Source of the DNA: a virus
DNA length: 45,942 nucleotides
Direction: 5' to 3' (one strand)
Virus genome (UHGV): UHGV-0205279
Part shown: positions 45,601 to 45,942 of the stretch, in pieces
Layout: each line of letters begins with the position of its first letter
Position numbering within the stretch: the stretch's first letter is position 1
The notes under the pieces: generated by a model
What the model saw: only the letters and a program-made list of their open reading frames with translations
The model's database searches: none
Told to the model about the DNA's origin: nothing
Translations under genes and position numbers: made by a program

Positions 45601-45925
45601 ATCTTGGAATAAGCATTGGAAGAATACTCAAAAAGCTGTTTCCCAATGGTCTAAGAACACTAAGAAAAATTATGATAAAGGGACTAAGTCTTTACAAAAA
45701 AGCCTTAAATCCTGGTCTAAGAATGCAAAAAAGACATGGGATTCTCATTGGAAAACTTTAAATAAGTCAGTAGGTACTTTCTGGAATAAAGCGAAGAAAA
45801 GCAGTGCTGATGGTACTAAGAAATTACTTGAAGAAACCAAAGGATATGCAAAAGAATCAGGCAAAGAATGGCTTAAACATCATAGCTATGTAACCGATAT
45901 TTCTAATGATTTCCAAAAAACTTAA
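42611..45925 (+). CDS. Tape measure protein, N-terminal part (broken by a 1-nt frameshift at A6 45915-45920)
   Basis: Coiled-coil N-terminus, tape-measure domain and aromatic 11-residue periodicity; the -1 frame runs across the junction into position 1. Confidence 0.92.
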   Translation: MAGKIPVGDFNTRISLDGEQPIQTLKSLKNEVSSATSAWKAQVAELKSAGDQLGAAKAKYEGLGDTLKKQQSLLERNKSELNSLKEAQAKVDTTTEKGRNEYERYSKEIATAERNVANATTRIAKLSQQQEKARNSLDYYKSGLASAQSELKKITESSNAYVGRLEAEGKHEEANKAKLSGLSREYDKLNQVYKIQSNELSKIASEAGKSSEAYRRQKVRVDETATSLAKIKSEMSGLSSEMKKANPSIFDKIKAKIIGVKSEAKETHSVFGQVFGANILSNVAQSAWGHLTSAISSAKDEAKQYSLEQETMLATWHTLTGSAKEGQKLVDMTTKMAIAANNSVSMVDALNQKFYAINKNADVTGKLTKSVLTLQDAFGATDDAVENFGVQFSQMMANGKVSAQDMMSFVNVFPVLRTNLLKTEQSITHNSKMTMSQMNDLMSAGKITSKTMEKVLEDTAKQYQGATENFGKTIPGMMRTVKSQMPVLLSAISDPLTKAANPIVARISDWITSKNTKNAFTKLGKTFSDGLNKTLNSMSKGTGKSAGKDITDTLNRGLEKLNGLIKDTFNFLSAHGKDIASIVVDVGKLSGAIGKQVWKDFANIISTIGGAFGLVSDKASKSNDPLAKIADIVHNLAKNKTAIKLIAGYLVIMATIKTLSPLATGLMGIAKGGKAAYKFIKGMPDAFETMQIKGLLAIDKLKSGFGKLGSVIKDLYSNTGKGKFSGALQSIHSAGGFSGLSTAGKVATGVAGVGVALDAGSSILSAFKDKKGSMKQYQDAGKGIGSAIGGGIGLFFGGPAGAAIGSQIGKIAGGWGGKATKEFLNGWKSKKPPKNFWSIENLGWSTKDALSKAGKGIDSWWKGIQKSNKKAQAEQKEAAEQAEKQRQKEKKAWDKYWSNVGKGFEKFGKDSKKNLDKSVKNAQNFTKKLGPNIKKGYDTFLKNGHNFFKKFNTNLGDFFKSIPKNKYVKAFQKGTLFQTAYKDINKQTSKWTKDFSKSWNKHWKNTQKAVSQWSKNTKKNYDKGTKSLQKSLKSWSKNAKKTWDSHWKTLNKSVGTFWNKAKKSSADGTKKLLEETKGYAKESGKEWLKHHSYVTDISNDFQKT

Positions 45926-45942
45926 AGAAGAATCATGGCAAT

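Larger units (their letters stand above)
1..45942. mobile_element. Complete temperate siphophage genome (phi-adh-like Lactobacillus phage), circularly permuted, excised/attP form
   Basis: All modules are present in canonical order. attP is contiguous with arm repeats on both sides, the TMP gene continues across the end/start junction, and no host genes are visible. Confidence 0.95.

Overview
The window is a complete, circularly permuted genome of a temperate, low-GC, cos-type siphophage of Lactobacillus. It is probably related to L. gasseri phage phi-adh: it has a 385-aa tyrosine integrase and an attP core reading TACACTTCTTAGGAGG on the minus strand, which matches phi-adh as I recall it. The sequence opens inside the tape-measure gene and closes back into it. 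Gene order is: TMP C-terminus, Dit, Tal, BppU/fibre, lysis cassette, an IS3-family element inserted in the lysin terminator, a three-peptide moron, intact attP, integrase, lipoprotein, PemK/MazF-like gene, cI/cro switch, early genes, a replication module with iteron origin, ArpU activator, HNH/cos, terminase, head genes and tail genes. The most unusual stretch is 16160-17507 in the immunity region. There an antitoxin-less PemK/MazF-fold protein with a large helical insertion is followed by a self-promoted sRNA of about 110 nt carrying twin hairpin loops. Next to it is a convergent sRNA of about 125 nt antisense to a sequestered 16-aa hydrophobic ORF. These are candidate RNA-controlled toxin or anti-phage modules. 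Other notable points are several further candidate sRNAs, a +1-frame tail-chaperone extension and a frame-fused IS3 transposase. All calls were made by eye, with no database searches or folding runs.
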